Positions 44,796 to 53,097 of a DNA stretch of 64,000 bases are shown one piece after another. A program made the translations under genes and the position numbers. Source of the DNA: an uncultured Gammaproteobacteria bacterium (GTDB lineage Bacteria > Patescibacteriota > Patescibacteriia > Patescibacteriales > UBA12465); the NCBI GenBank assembly GCA_964648205.1, contig CAZYNT010000004.1:5588-69587 (forward strand), written 5' to 3'. The notes beneath the pieces are model-generated. The model was not told where the DNA came from and did not search any database. It worked only from the letters and a program-made list of their open reading frames with translations. Each line of letters begins with the position of its first letter. Positions within the stretch are counted from its first letter, which is position 1.

Positions 44796-45924
44796 TCTAA
44801 AACCTATTATTCTGGCTATCGATACCAGCTGCGATGACACTTCTGTTGCCATATTGAAAGGCCGCTCTGTTTTAGCGAGCGTAATTTCTTCGCAGACAGA
44901 GCTGCACAAAAAGTGGGGTGGCGTCGTGCCTGATATCGCCCGCCGAGCGCATAAAGAAAATATCGAAAATGTTTACCAAGAAGCTTTAAAAAGGGCGCGC
45001 ATCAGCGAAGCGGACATCGAATTCGTCGCGGTCACTTACGGGCCTGGACTCGCCATTGCTCTGGAAGTTGGTTTAAATTTTGCCAAAATTTTAGCTTACG
45101 AACAAAAGAAAAAATTTATCCCGATAAATCATATGGAGGGGCACATGCTTGCTTCGTTTCTTCTTAATGGAAAAGCTAAAGGAGCTATCAAGGAAAACAA
45201 AGAAGGCCAACTCTTCCCGGCGCTAGCGCTCTTGATATCAGGCAACCATACGGAAATAGTCTATGCCAAAGCTTTAAATGAATATGAAATTTTAGGGGAA
45301 ACCCTGGATGATGCCGCGGGCGAAGCTTTTGATAAAGTCGCCAGAATGCTTAACATCGGTTATCCTGGGGGTCCGATTATTACTCTGCTTGCCGGACGAG
45401 CCGATAAAAAGTGGTCGGATGCCTTGGCCGGCCTTAGCGAGAGGGGCGAAAAAAAACCGATTGCCGAAGTTGCCGGCCGATTCGGCTTGCCTATTCCTAT
45501 GATGCGCTCTAAAGACTTAAATTTTAGTTTTTCCGGATTAAAAACAGCTTGCCTTTATAAAATAAATGGTCTGCGCGAAAAATATAAAAAAGATACCGAT
45601 TGGTCTTATGATTTTGCCCGGGAATTTATCAACGCGGTTTCTCGATCATTATCCGTCAAGCTAAGCAAAGCCATAAAGCTCCGGCCTGACATAAAATCCG
45701 TCTTGATTGGCGGAGGAGTAAGTAATAATAAATATATTGTGCGCGAAATAGGCGGGCTGGTAAGGAAATCGGGGAGAAAATATTTTATCCCCGAAATGAA
45801 ATTCAGGAGCGATAACGCGGCCATGATCGGAATCGCCGCCTATTATAATATAAAAAACAAAAAAAATTGGCTTGAGGGCGAAGAAATTCTGGCCGTCGAC
45901 AGGAAGCCGATGCTTAAATTATAA
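44788..45924 (+). CDS. tsaD: tRNA N6-adenosine threonylcarbamoyltransferase TsaD
   Basis: ILAIDTSCDDTSVAIL, HMEGHML, AAGEAFDKVARMLNIGYPGG. The start ATG at 44788 overlaps the upstream stop (ATGAGTAA). The track start at 44740 lies inside the tsaE part. Confidence 0.9.
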   Translation: MSNLKPIILAIDTSCDDTSVAILKGRSVLASVISSQTELHKKWGGVVPDIARRAHKENIENVYQEALKRARISEADIEFVAVTYGPGLAIALEVGLNFAKILAYEQKKKFIPINHMEGHMLASFLLNGKAKGAIKENKEGQLFPALALLISGNHTEIVYAKALNEYEILGETLDDAAGEAFDKVARMLNIGYPGGPIITLLAGRADKKWSDALAGLSERGEKKPIAEVAGRFGLPIPMMRSKDLNFSFSGLKTACLYKINGLREKYKKDTDWSYDFAREFINAVSRSLSVKLSKAIKLRPDIKSVLIGGGVSNNKYIVREIGGLVRKSGRKYFIPEMKFRSDNAAMIGIAAYYNIKNKKNWLEGEEILAVDRKPMLKL

Positions 45925-45928
45925 AAAA

Positions 45929-46339
45929 TTATAATTTGAACTTAGCTAAAATTTCTTCGGCTTTTTCTTTGGTCAATCTCCTGCTTAAATCTGCCTGTAA
46001 AGATCCAATGCTTTTAAGCGCTTGATTCCAGTCGTTTTTATCGTCTTTGTTTGGAATCAAATGGTAATGCGCGTGCGGCACTAACCGGCCGAATGAAGCC
46101 GAATCAATGAATTCATAACCTAAATCTCGATAATGATTAGCAATTTTCACGGCAAATTCATAAAATTCGCCGACATTATCAATATCCCAGATAAAACGAA
46201 AATGCTTCTTGGGGATTATAATTGTGTGCCCGTCGGAAAATCTGGCAATGTCGAGGAAGGCTAAAAAATTATCGTTTTCATATATTTTATAGGCAGGCAC
46301 TTCCCCTCTGACGATTTTACAGAAAAGACAATTCTCCAT
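45929..46339 (-). CDS. HIT-family (histidine triad) nucleotide hydrolase
   Basis: CLFCKIVRGE at the N-terminus and the histidine triad HAHYHLIP. Confidence 0.8.
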   Translation of the reverse strand: MENCLFCKIVRGEVPAYKIYENDNFLAFLDIARFSDGHTIIIPKKHFRFIWDIDNVGEFYEFAVKIANHYRDLGYEFIDSASFGRLVPHAHYHLIPNKDDKNDWNQALKSIGSLQADLSRRLTKEKAEEILAKFKL

Positions 46340-46360
46340 ATCGTAAAATAAATTAAATAA

Positions 46361-46876
46361 TTAAATAATGGATTTCAATGCTTTTAGAGCCTCCGGCAGA
46401 ACCGGCAGAATGATATTAACTATTTTCAATAAAGCGGGCGCGATCAGAGAGTCCTTGAGTTGATTTCCGAAAAAGTTGCCGATTAAGGCGTAGCGCGAAA
46501 TCACGAAAATAATCAAGCCCAAGAATAAGGAACCCTCAATAAAGCCGAGAATGGCACCGGCGATATTATTCAAATACTTGCTGCCCGGAATGACCGCGAT
46601 CAGGTTAAAAAACTTCTCGATCAAATTGAAGACCAAATCCATCAAACGGGTGACGACTACGAATAGGACAATAAAAGAAACGACTTTGCCGACCGCATCA
46701 TGGCCGTTAAAAATATTCTTCCATAGGTCAAACAGAAGAAGATAAAAGTGGCTAGCGATATAAGCGCCGACAATTAAGCCGACGACGCGTCCGAGAAGCC
46801 TGATCAGCCCCTTAAAAAGGCCGTTAAAAATAAAGCCGATTAAGATGACAAGCAAACTGATGTCGAAAATTGACAT
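46361..46876 (-). CDS. cvpA: CvpA-family membrane protein
   Basis: 171 aa, 4 TM helices. The N-terminus DISLLVILIGFIFNGLFKGLIR is typical of the colicin V production protein family. Confidence 0.65.
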   Translation of the reverse strand: MSIFDISLLVILIGFIFNGLFKGLIRLLGRVVGLIVGAYIASHFYLLLFDLWKNIFNGHDAVGKVVSFIVLFVVVTRLMDLVFNLIEKFFNLIAVIPGSKYLNNIAGAILGFIEGSLFLGLIIFVISRYALIGNFFGNQLKDSLIAPALLKIVNIILPVLPEALKALKSII

Positions 46877-46888
46877 ATATTTTAAAAA

Positions 46889-48328
46889 TTATAAACGCGG
46901 AAAAAGCGCTTCCCCCTTGCTGATTTGCGCGCTGGAAAATTGCTTTTGAATCTTTTGCGCGACGCCGGGCATAAATGGTTCGAGCAAATAGGCGATATTT
47001 AAAATAGTCTGCGCGAGCGGTTTTAAAATTATTTCTATTTCTTTCTTATCCGTCATTTTCCAGGGCGCTTTCTGGCTCAAATTTTCATCACAAATTTTTA
47101 ATTTTTCCCAAAGTATCTGCAAAGCCTCGTTAAAGCGATAAGCCTTGAAACTTTCCTCAAAGCTATTTAAAGTACCAACAATACCCTCATCTTTAAGATC
47201 AATCTTCAGATTAGAAATAATCTGATTTTTTTCAAACAAATTAGAAACGCGGGCGACCAGATTCCCGAGCCCATTGGCTAAATCAGAATTGTAGCGCCCC
47301 TGGAATTTTTCTTCGCTATAATCGCCATCTTCAAAAGGAGCGATCTCGGCCAGAAGATAATAGCGGACAGCATCGGCGCCGTATTTATCCGCCAGCTCAT
47401 AAGGATTAATCACGTTGCCCAGGCTTTTGCTCATCTTTTGTCCGTTTGAAGTTAAAAATCCAAAAACTAAAACCTGTTTAGAGTTCTTCAGGCCGGCCGA
47501 CATGAGCATCGCTTGCCACATGGCAGTTTGAGGACGCAAGTTATCTTTGCCGCAAACTTGGAGGCCGGGCCAATAATTAATGAAGTTTTCGGTTTTCTCG
47601 GGCCAACCAAGAGTGGAGATATAATTAACGAGGGCGTCAAACCAAACATACATTACCTGGCTGTCGTCTCCGGGTACGGGAACGCCATGGGGCATTTTTT
47701 CCTTTAGGCGGGAAATGCTGAAATCCTGCAAACCGGACTCGACGAAGGCGGTTATCTCTTTCAAGCGGCTGCCGGGCAGAACAAAATTAGGATTGCTTTT
47801 ATAAAAATTAAGCAATTTATCCTGATATTTGGAAAAATGGAAAAAATAATTTTCCTCATTTATAATTTCCAGCTCTTGGCTGGGGTGGAGTGGACAGCGG
47901 CCGTTTTGGAGTTCGGAATCGGTTTTTTCCATTTCGCAACCGACGCAATACTTCACCTGGTAGCTTTTTTTATAAATATCTCCCTGCGCGGCGCATAATC
48001 GCCAAAATTCCTGAGCCGCTTTCTTGTGGCTCGTTTCGGTCGTCCGAATGAACTTATTATAAGAAAGATTAAGCTTCTCTTTCAACGGCAGGAATTTAGC
48101 CGAGTAAATATCGCAATATTCTTGTAGGCCCAAGCCGAGTTCTTTCGCTTTTTGATATATTTTTAGACCGTGCTCGTCAGTTCCGGTATTAAAGAAAACC
48201 TGCGCGCCCCGCTGCGCTTCGTAACGCGCGATAACGTCCGCTTTGATTATTTCCGCCGCGAAACCAATATGCGGTTCGGAGTTAATATAAGGCAGGGTGG
48301 TGGTGATATAAAAATATTTTTTCTCCAT
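46889..48328 (-). CDS. metG: Methionyl-tRNA synthetase (short form)
   Basis: YITTTLPYINSEPHIGF (HIGH-type), Zn knuckle CVGCEM...CPLH, KMSKSLGN. Confidence 0.9.
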   Translation of the reverse strand: MEKKYFYITTTLPYINSEPHIGFAAEIIKADVIARYEAQRGAQVFFNTGTDEHGLKIYQKAKELGLGLQEYCDIYSAKFLPLKEKLNLSYNKFIRTTETSHKKAAQEFWRLCAAQGDIYKKSYQVKYCVGCEMEKTDSELQNGRCPLHPSQELEIINEENYFFHFSKYQDKLLNFYKSNPNFVLPGSRLKEITAFVESGLQDFSISRLKEKMPHGVPVPGDDSQVMYVWFDALVNYISTLGWPEKTENFINYWPGLQVCGKDNLRPQTAMWQAMLMSAGLKNSKQVLVFGFLTSNGQKMSKSLGNVINPYELADKYGADAVRYYLLAEIAPFEDGDYSEEKFQGRYNSDLANGLGNLVARVSNLFEKNQIISNLKIDLKDEGIVGTLNSFEESFKAYRFNEALQILWEKLKICDENLSQKAPWKMTDKKEIEIILKPLAQTILNIAYLLEPFMPGVAQKIQKQFSSAQISKGEALFPRL

Positions 48329-48333
48329 ACTTG

Positions 48334-49026
48334 TTATTCTTTCTTTATCAAGACGACGAACTCGCCTTTTAAATTATTAGGATCCTCCATTATTTCTTGC
48401 CGAACATCCGCCGCCATTCCGGAGTAAAAAGATTCGTGCAGCTTAGTTAATTCCCGAGCGACCATGACTTTCCAGCCGCAATCCGCTTCTCGGCTGTTTT
48501 TTTCTAATTCTTCTAAAAATTTAATAATCCGATGCTTTGATTCATAAAGAACAACCGGATAATTACTCGCTACAATCTCCTTAAACATGGTCTGTCTTCC
48601 CTTCTTGTGAGGCAGAAAACCTAAAAAAAGAAAGCGGTCGAAACCGGCGCCGGCGATAGAAACGGCGGCGCCTAAAGCCGAAACCCCAGGAATGCTTTCG
48701 ATTAAAACTTCTTGGCCGAACTCCTCTCTTACGAGAGACACCAGCTTGCCGCCCGGATCCGATATCCCAGGGGTGCCGGCGTCAGTTACCAGCGCTAAAT
48801 TTTTCCCCTCACGCAACAAAGAAATAATTTTATCAACCTTCAAATCGCCAGAATGCTGATGATAAGAAACGGTTGGTGTTTTTATCTCATAATGGTCTAA
48901 CAATTTTCGCGTGACCCGCGTGTCCTCGCATAAAATAAAATCGGATTCTTTCAAGGTTCTTAAGGCCCGGAAGGTTAAATCTTCCAAATTACCTATCGGT
49001 GTGGCGACAATGCGCAAATTGCTCAT
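48334..49026 (-). CDS. rsmI: 16S rRNA (cytidine1402-2'-O)-methyltransferase RsmI
   Basis: LRIVATPIGNLEDLTFRALRTLKESDFILCEDTR and DAGTPGISDPG. The start chosen at ATG 49026 avoids overlap with the upstream gene's stop at 49031. Confidence 0.85.
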   Translation of the reverse strand: MSNLRIVATPIGNLEDLTFRALRTLKESDFILCEDTRVTRKLLDHYEIKTPTVSYHQHSGDLKVDKIISLLREGKNLALVTDAGTPGISDPGGKLVSLVREEFGQEVLIESIPGVSALGAAVSIAGAGFDRFLFLGFLPHKKGRQTMFKEIVASNYPVVLYESKHRIIKFLEELEKNSREADCGWKVMVARELTKLHESFYSGMAADVRQEIMEDPNNLKGEFVVLIKKE

Positions 49027-49030
49027 AAAA

Positions 49031-50758
49031 TTATTCCATATTTTCCCGTCTCTCTCTGACATATTTAGTCCAGTCTTCAGCGATTTCTACGAGGATTTTA
49101 AACGGAGCTTCAAGAATGAAATCAAAAATAAAGATAAAAATATTTATTTTAGAAACATTATTGGAAAGCCATTTGCCGACCAAGATAATCGGCATATAAA
49201 AAAGGTCGATAATAAATGTAGCCAGATTCTCCCTTCTTTCAATAATCATTAATTCTTTCACGCCGCGGGTGACAATAATGCTGAAAAAACTAACGAAGGC
49301 CAAGAAGAATAAGAAAATAGTGATACTGACCCAATTAAACTGAATAAACGTAAGAACCCAAATTATCAAGTAGACGGAAACGAAAAACGAAGCGGCGTAA
49401 ATTAAATTGAAGACAAAATCAGTTAATAGATGGCGGCGGGTCGGTTTGCGCAGAACTATCGGCTGTTTCTTTTCTTGCCCGGCGAAAGCTATTTCTTTGA
49501 TACCGCTGATAATTTTATCTGTATTCTTCTCATTAGGCGTCTTAGTCGAGAGGACGATCAAAAATAATAAAATCGCCGGGAAAGAAATGTTGATTGCCAA
49601 AGATACGGGGTTAAGCGGTTCGCCGAACCAATTGATAGCCGGGAGTTCAATCGCAATCGCGAAGACAGATTTCGTCAAAAAAATATAAATTATGCTCCGC
49701 AGAGCGGCTCGCCAGAGACGACTTTTAGCTTTCTTGTATTTTTGATTACAAACTTTTTTCAATCTGACGATGAAATTTTTCTCGCTCTTTTGCAGTTCGC
49801 CGTAAACCTTGGCAGGATCACTTTCTACCGTTTCAGTTAAAATAGAAAAATAAAGAGAATAAACGTGGGCTAATTTATCTAATTGCTTGATGAGGGGGTG
49901 CCCCAGCTGCTTCTTGACCAAGGCTTTCATCTCGCCCATCTTTAGAGCGAGAGCTTTTATTTTGCCATAATCATCTTCGTTTAAAACCCTTTTATCGCGC
50001 AAGTCCAACCACTCGGTATTGTAATATTTAAAAAGAATGAAACTCAGCATGTCCTCATCAAGCTTCAAATACGACCGGCCGATACTTAAATATATCTGGA
50101 TGTCGAGATCTGCTTCGTATGGGAGGTCGGAGGGCAGAACAATGTTCTTGGAAAGAACATCAAACAGATTGTTAACGATAACTTGCTTGACTTTATTAGG
50201 CGCCAGATTCTCTTCAATTTCACAGGCGGCCAGGGTTAAAAGCCAGCGCACTAAATTATTTTTTTCATTTATCAAGTCTTTGGCCTTATTGATATCCGTC
50301 TTTAAGTTCAAGGAGGTATTGATATGCAAAACCACTTGGTCTTTCAAAAAAATATATCTCTCCAATATGCTGGCAATTTCTTTAATTTTCGTTTCGGGAA
50401 TTTTGTTATTGGGCAAATAGCTCGCTCTGATAAGTTCAACCATTAAATGGTTGGCGATGCTCCAGCCGTCAGTTTCTTTAATTACGCCTTCAATCATCAC
50501 CTGGCGGCGCAAAATTCGTGAAATTGCATTTTTCCGAAGCAAGTGCTCCTCCTCATAATCAACCGCGTTGCGCACCTTTTCATAAAAAAAGGCTAACCGA
50601 GAAATCAGGGTCGAAACCTTAATCTTCGGGATATCGTCATCATCGTCTTCCTTTTTATTCTGCTCGCTGTAGATTACTTGAAATAACTTTTTGGTATTTT
50701 CATTAATTTCTACCGGAACAGAATCTTCAGCGCGTTTTATTAGATTTGGGCTAACCAT
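49031..50758 (-). CDS. Large membrane protein of unknown function (soluble N-half, multi-TM C-half)
   Basis: The track ORF starts at a TTG (50908) that runs through the secE promoter. The first ATG is at 50758 (MVSPNLIKRAED). Several TM helices in the last 230 aa. Confidence 0.5.
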   Translation of the reverse strand: MVSPNLIKRAEDSVPVEINENTKKLFQVIYSEQNKKEDDDDDIPKIKVSTLISRLAFFYEKVRNAVDYEEEHLLRKNAISRILRRQVMIEGVIKETDGWSIANHLMVELIRASYLPNNKIPETKIKEIASILERYIFLKDQVVLHINTSLNLKTDINKAKDLINEKNNLVRWLLTLAACEIEENLAPNKVKQVIVNNLFDVLSKNIVLPSDLPYEADLDIQIYLSIGRSYLKLDEDMLSFILFKYYNTEWLDLRDKRVLNEDDYGKIKALALKMGEMKALVKKQLGHPLIKQLDKLAHVYSLYFSILTETVESDPAKVYGELQKSEKNFIVRLKKVCNQKYKKAKSRLWRAALRSIIYIFLTKSVFAIAIELPAINWFGEPLNPVSLAINISFPAILLFLIVLSTKTPNEKNTDKIISGIKEIAFAGQEKKQPIVLRKPTRRHLLTDFVFNLIYAASFFVSVYLIIWVLTFIQFNWVSITIFLFFLAFVSFFSIIVTRGVKELMIIERRENLATFIIDLFYMPIILVGKWLSNNVSKINIFIFIFDFILEAPFKILVEIAEDWTKYVRERRENME

Positions 50759-50828
50759 ATAAAAAAATAAGAAATTTCTTTTCAATAATATTGTAACGTG
50801 TTTAAGCGCAAAAGGCAAACCCTGGGGC

Positions 50829-50857
50829 TTGACAAGGAATTGACTATTTTGTATTAT
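50829..50857 (+). promoter_or_regulatory. Promoter of the secE-nusG-rplK-rplA operon
   Basis: TTGACA (50829-50834), 17 nt, TATTAT (50852-50857), preceded by TG. Confidence 0.6.
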
Positions 50858-50874
50858 AAAGACATATAAATAAG

Positions 50875-50894
50875 GTGACCGCGAGGTCATTTTT
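50875..50894 (+). promoter_or_regulatory. Terminator-like leader hairpin upstream of secE
   Basis: GUGACC-GCGA-GGUCAU (GNRA loop) followed by UUUU, about 12 nt downstream of the predicted TSS. Confidence 0.35.
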
Positions 50895-50913
50895 AAATAC
50901 CAATTCAAGCAAT

Positions 50914-51099
50914 ATGAACAAACTAACTAATTACATCAAAGAGTCTGTAGCCGAGATGAAAAAAGTTACCTGGCCGTCCAAGAAAGAAACCCGCAACTAT
51001 ACCCTTTTGGTCATCGGTATTAGCATCGGCGTGGCCCTATTCCTGGGTCTTTTGGATTATATTTTCACTACAGGTTTCCAACTTATTATTAATAAATAA
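50914..51099 (+). CDS. secE: Preprotein translocase subunit SecE
   Basis: 61 aa: NYIKESVAEMKKVTWPSKKETRNYTLLVIGISIGVALFLGLLD. Position upstream of nusG. The track start at 50875 is GTG inside the leader hairpin. Confidence 0.8.
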   Translation: MNKLTNYIKESVAEMKKVTWPSKKETRNYTLLVIGISIGVALFLGLLDYIFTTGFQLIINK

Positions 51100-51129
51100 T
51101 AAAATCAATCGTTCTTAAATTTTAAATTT

Positions 51130-51675
51130 ATGGCCAAGCAACTATTAAATCAAGGCCGACGCTGGTACGTTATCCATACTTATTCCGGATACGAAGAGAA
51201 TGTCGCGCAAAATCTCAAACAAAGAGTTGAATCTTTGGATATGGAAGACAAAATCTTCAACATTTTAATCCCCACCGAAAAAAAAATTAAAATAAAAAAC
51301 GGCAAGCGCAAAGTGACTGAAGAAAAAATCTTCCCCGGATATATTCTGGTCGAAATGATGGTTACGGACGAATCCTGGTATATTGTCCGCAACACCCCGA
51401 ATGTGACGGGCTTCATCGGCACCGGCACCATCCCGACCCCGATCGGCGAGGAAGAGGTCAAGGCGCTGCAGAAAAGAATGGGCGTCGAAGATCCTAAATT
51501 CCAAATTGATGTCATTATCGGCAGCCCGGTTAGAATCAACGAAGGGCCATTTAAGAATATGGAAGGTAAAGTGACAGCAGTTGACGAGGCTAAAGGCAAA
51601 GTCAAAGTTTCCGTTTCCCTCTTCGGGCGTGAAACGCCGGTTGAACTTGATTTTTTACAGATTAAAAAAGTCTAA
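51130..51675 (+). CDS. nusG: Transcription termination/antitermination factor NusG
   Basis: RWYVIHTYSGYEENV, FPGYILVEM, and a KOW motif (GSPVRINEGPFKNMEGKV). Confidence 0.95.
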   Translation: MAKQLLNQGRRWYVIHTYSGYEENVAQNLKQRVESLDMEDKIFNILIPTEKKIKIKNGKRKVTEEKIFPGYILVEMMVTDESWYIVRNTPNVTGFIGTGTIPTPIGEEEVKALQKRMGVEDPKFQIDVIIGSPVRINEGPFKNMEGKVTAVDEAKGKVKVSVSLFGRETPVELDFLQIKKV

Positions 51676-51717
51676 TGAAAAAAGGGCGATGCTTCTGCGC
51701 TCTCAATTAATAACTAT

Positions 51718-52140
51718 ATGGCAAAAAAAATAAAGACAAAAGTTAAATTACAAATCGCCGGCGGCCAGGCTAACCCCGCCCCTCCAGTCGGTCCGGCTTT
51801 AGGCCAGCACGGTTTGAATATCGCTGAATTCTGCAAAAACTTCAATGATAAAACTAAAGATAAGATGGGTGATATTATCCCCGTTGAAATTACTGTTTAC
51901 GAAGACAGAAGTTATGATTTTATCCTTAAAACCTCTCCGGCTTCAGAATTAATTAAAAAAGCGGCCGGTATTAAAAAGGGGTCAGGTAAACCCTTAACCG
52001 AAAAGGTTGGTTCTATTACTAAAGCCCAGCTTGAAGAAATTGCGAAGAAAAAAATGCCTGATTTGAACGCCAATGATTTAGAGGCCGCTAAAAATATTAT
52101 AGCGGGTACGGCGCGCCAAATGGGAGTAGATATTAAATAA
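51718..52140 (+). CDS. rplK: 50S ribosomal protein L11
   Basis: [34 protein letters not shown] is canonical L11. Confidence 0.95.
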   Translation: MAKKIKTKVKLQIAGGQANPAPPVGPALGQHGLNIAEFCKNFNDKTKDKMGDIIPVEITVYEDRSYDFILKTSPASELIKKAAGIKKGSGKPLTEKVGSITKAQLEEIAKKKMPDLNANDLEAAKNIIAGTARQMGVDIK

Positions 52141-52145
52141 TAATT

Positions 52146-52178
52146 GTGGGAGTTCGCCTTGAGCGGACGCTTAACCAC
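52146..52178 (+). promoter_or_regulatory. Candidate L1-binding operator (23S rRNA L1-stalk mimic) upstream of rplA
   Basis: GUGGGAG-[GUUCGC-CUUGA-GCGGAC hairpin]-GCUUAACCAC. It resembles the rRNA L1-stalk element GGUGGGAG...AAAUACCACC. Located 12 nt upstream of the rplA ATG. Confidence 0.45.
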
Positions 52179-52189
52179 GAAAAAAAACT

Positions 52190-52930
52190 ATGGCTAAAAA
52201 AGAAGAAGCCCCAAAAACGGCTAAAAAAACCAGCAAGAAAGAAATAAAAAAAGTTAAAACCATAAAAAAGGTTGATAATTCGGCAATTTACGATCGTCTA
52301 AAAACTTACTCTATTGAAGAGGCTTTAGAAATCGTTAAGAAATTAACCAAGACTAAATTTGATGCTTCGGTCGAAGTCCATTTCCGCCTTGGCATCAATA
52401 CTAAAAAGGGCGATCAGCAAGTTCGCGGCGCGGTCAGCCTGCCTAACGGCACCGGCAAAACCGTTAAGGTGGCCGCCTTTGTGTCCTCTGAGAATGAGAA
52501 AGCAGCTAAAGCGGCCGGCGCTGATTTCGTCGGCGGCGATGAATTAATCGCGGAGATCAAAAAAACGGAAAAAACTGATTTCCAGGTGGCGATCGCCGAA
52601 CCGGCTTTAATGAAAAATTTAGCGGTTATCGCTAAAATCCTCGGTACGCGCGGCTTAATGCCTTCCCCGAAAAACGACACCGTGACCACCAATCCGGCAA
52701 AAACCGTCGAGGAATTAAAGAAGGGTAAAATCAGCTTCAAGAATGATGATACGGCTAATGTTCATACCGTCATCGGCAAGGCCAGCTTCGACACCAAAAA
52801 GTTAATCGAAAATTACCAGGCTCTGCTTGAAACCATCAAGAAAGCGAAACCCGCCTCTTCCAAGGGAACATTCATCAAAAATATCAGCGTTTCCTCATCG
52901 ATGAGCGCCGGCGTAAAAGTGGCTCTATAA
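52190..52930 (+). CDS. rplA: 50S ribosomal protein L1 with a Lys-rich N-terminal extension
   Basis: FDASVEVHFRLGINTKKGDQQVRGAVSLPNGTGK and GTRGLMPSPK are canonical L1 segments. Confidence 0.95.
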   Translation: MAKKEEAPKTAKKTSKKEIKKVKTIKKVDNSAIYDRLKTYSIEEALEIVKKLTKTKFDASVEVHFRLGINTKKGDQQVRGAVSLPNGTGKTVKVAAFVSSENEKAAKAAGADFVGGDELIAEIKKTEKTDFQVAIAEPALMKNLAVIAKILGTRGLMPSPKNDTVTTNPAKTVEELKKGKISFKNDDTANVHTVIGKASFDTKKLIENYQALLETIKKAKPASSKGTFIKNISVSSSMSAGVKVAL

Positions 52931-52949
52931 CGTGAAAGTGGCTTTATAA
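52912..52949 (+). repeat. 19-bp tandem direct repeat duplicating the rplA 3' end and stop codon
   Basis: CGTAAAAGTGGCTCTATAA (52912-52930) and CGTGAAAGTGGCTTTATAA (52931-52949), 17/19 identical. Both copies encode VKVAL-stop in their own frames. Confidence 0.7.
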
Positions 52950-52967
52950 ATAGAAAATTGAAGATAT

Positions 52968-52993
52968 AAAAAACAGGGACTTCCCTGTTTTTT
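52968..52993 (+). terminator. Intrinsic terminator after rplA
   Basis: ACAGGG-ACTT-CCCTGT stem followed by T6. Confidence 0.65.
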
Positions 52994-53097
52994 ATTGACC
53001 AAATGCCTGAAATCAGCTAAGATTAAAAATCAAAATTGAACATTAATAATTTAAAATGAATTAACTTAATATAAACAAATCAAAAGAAAGGATCCCC

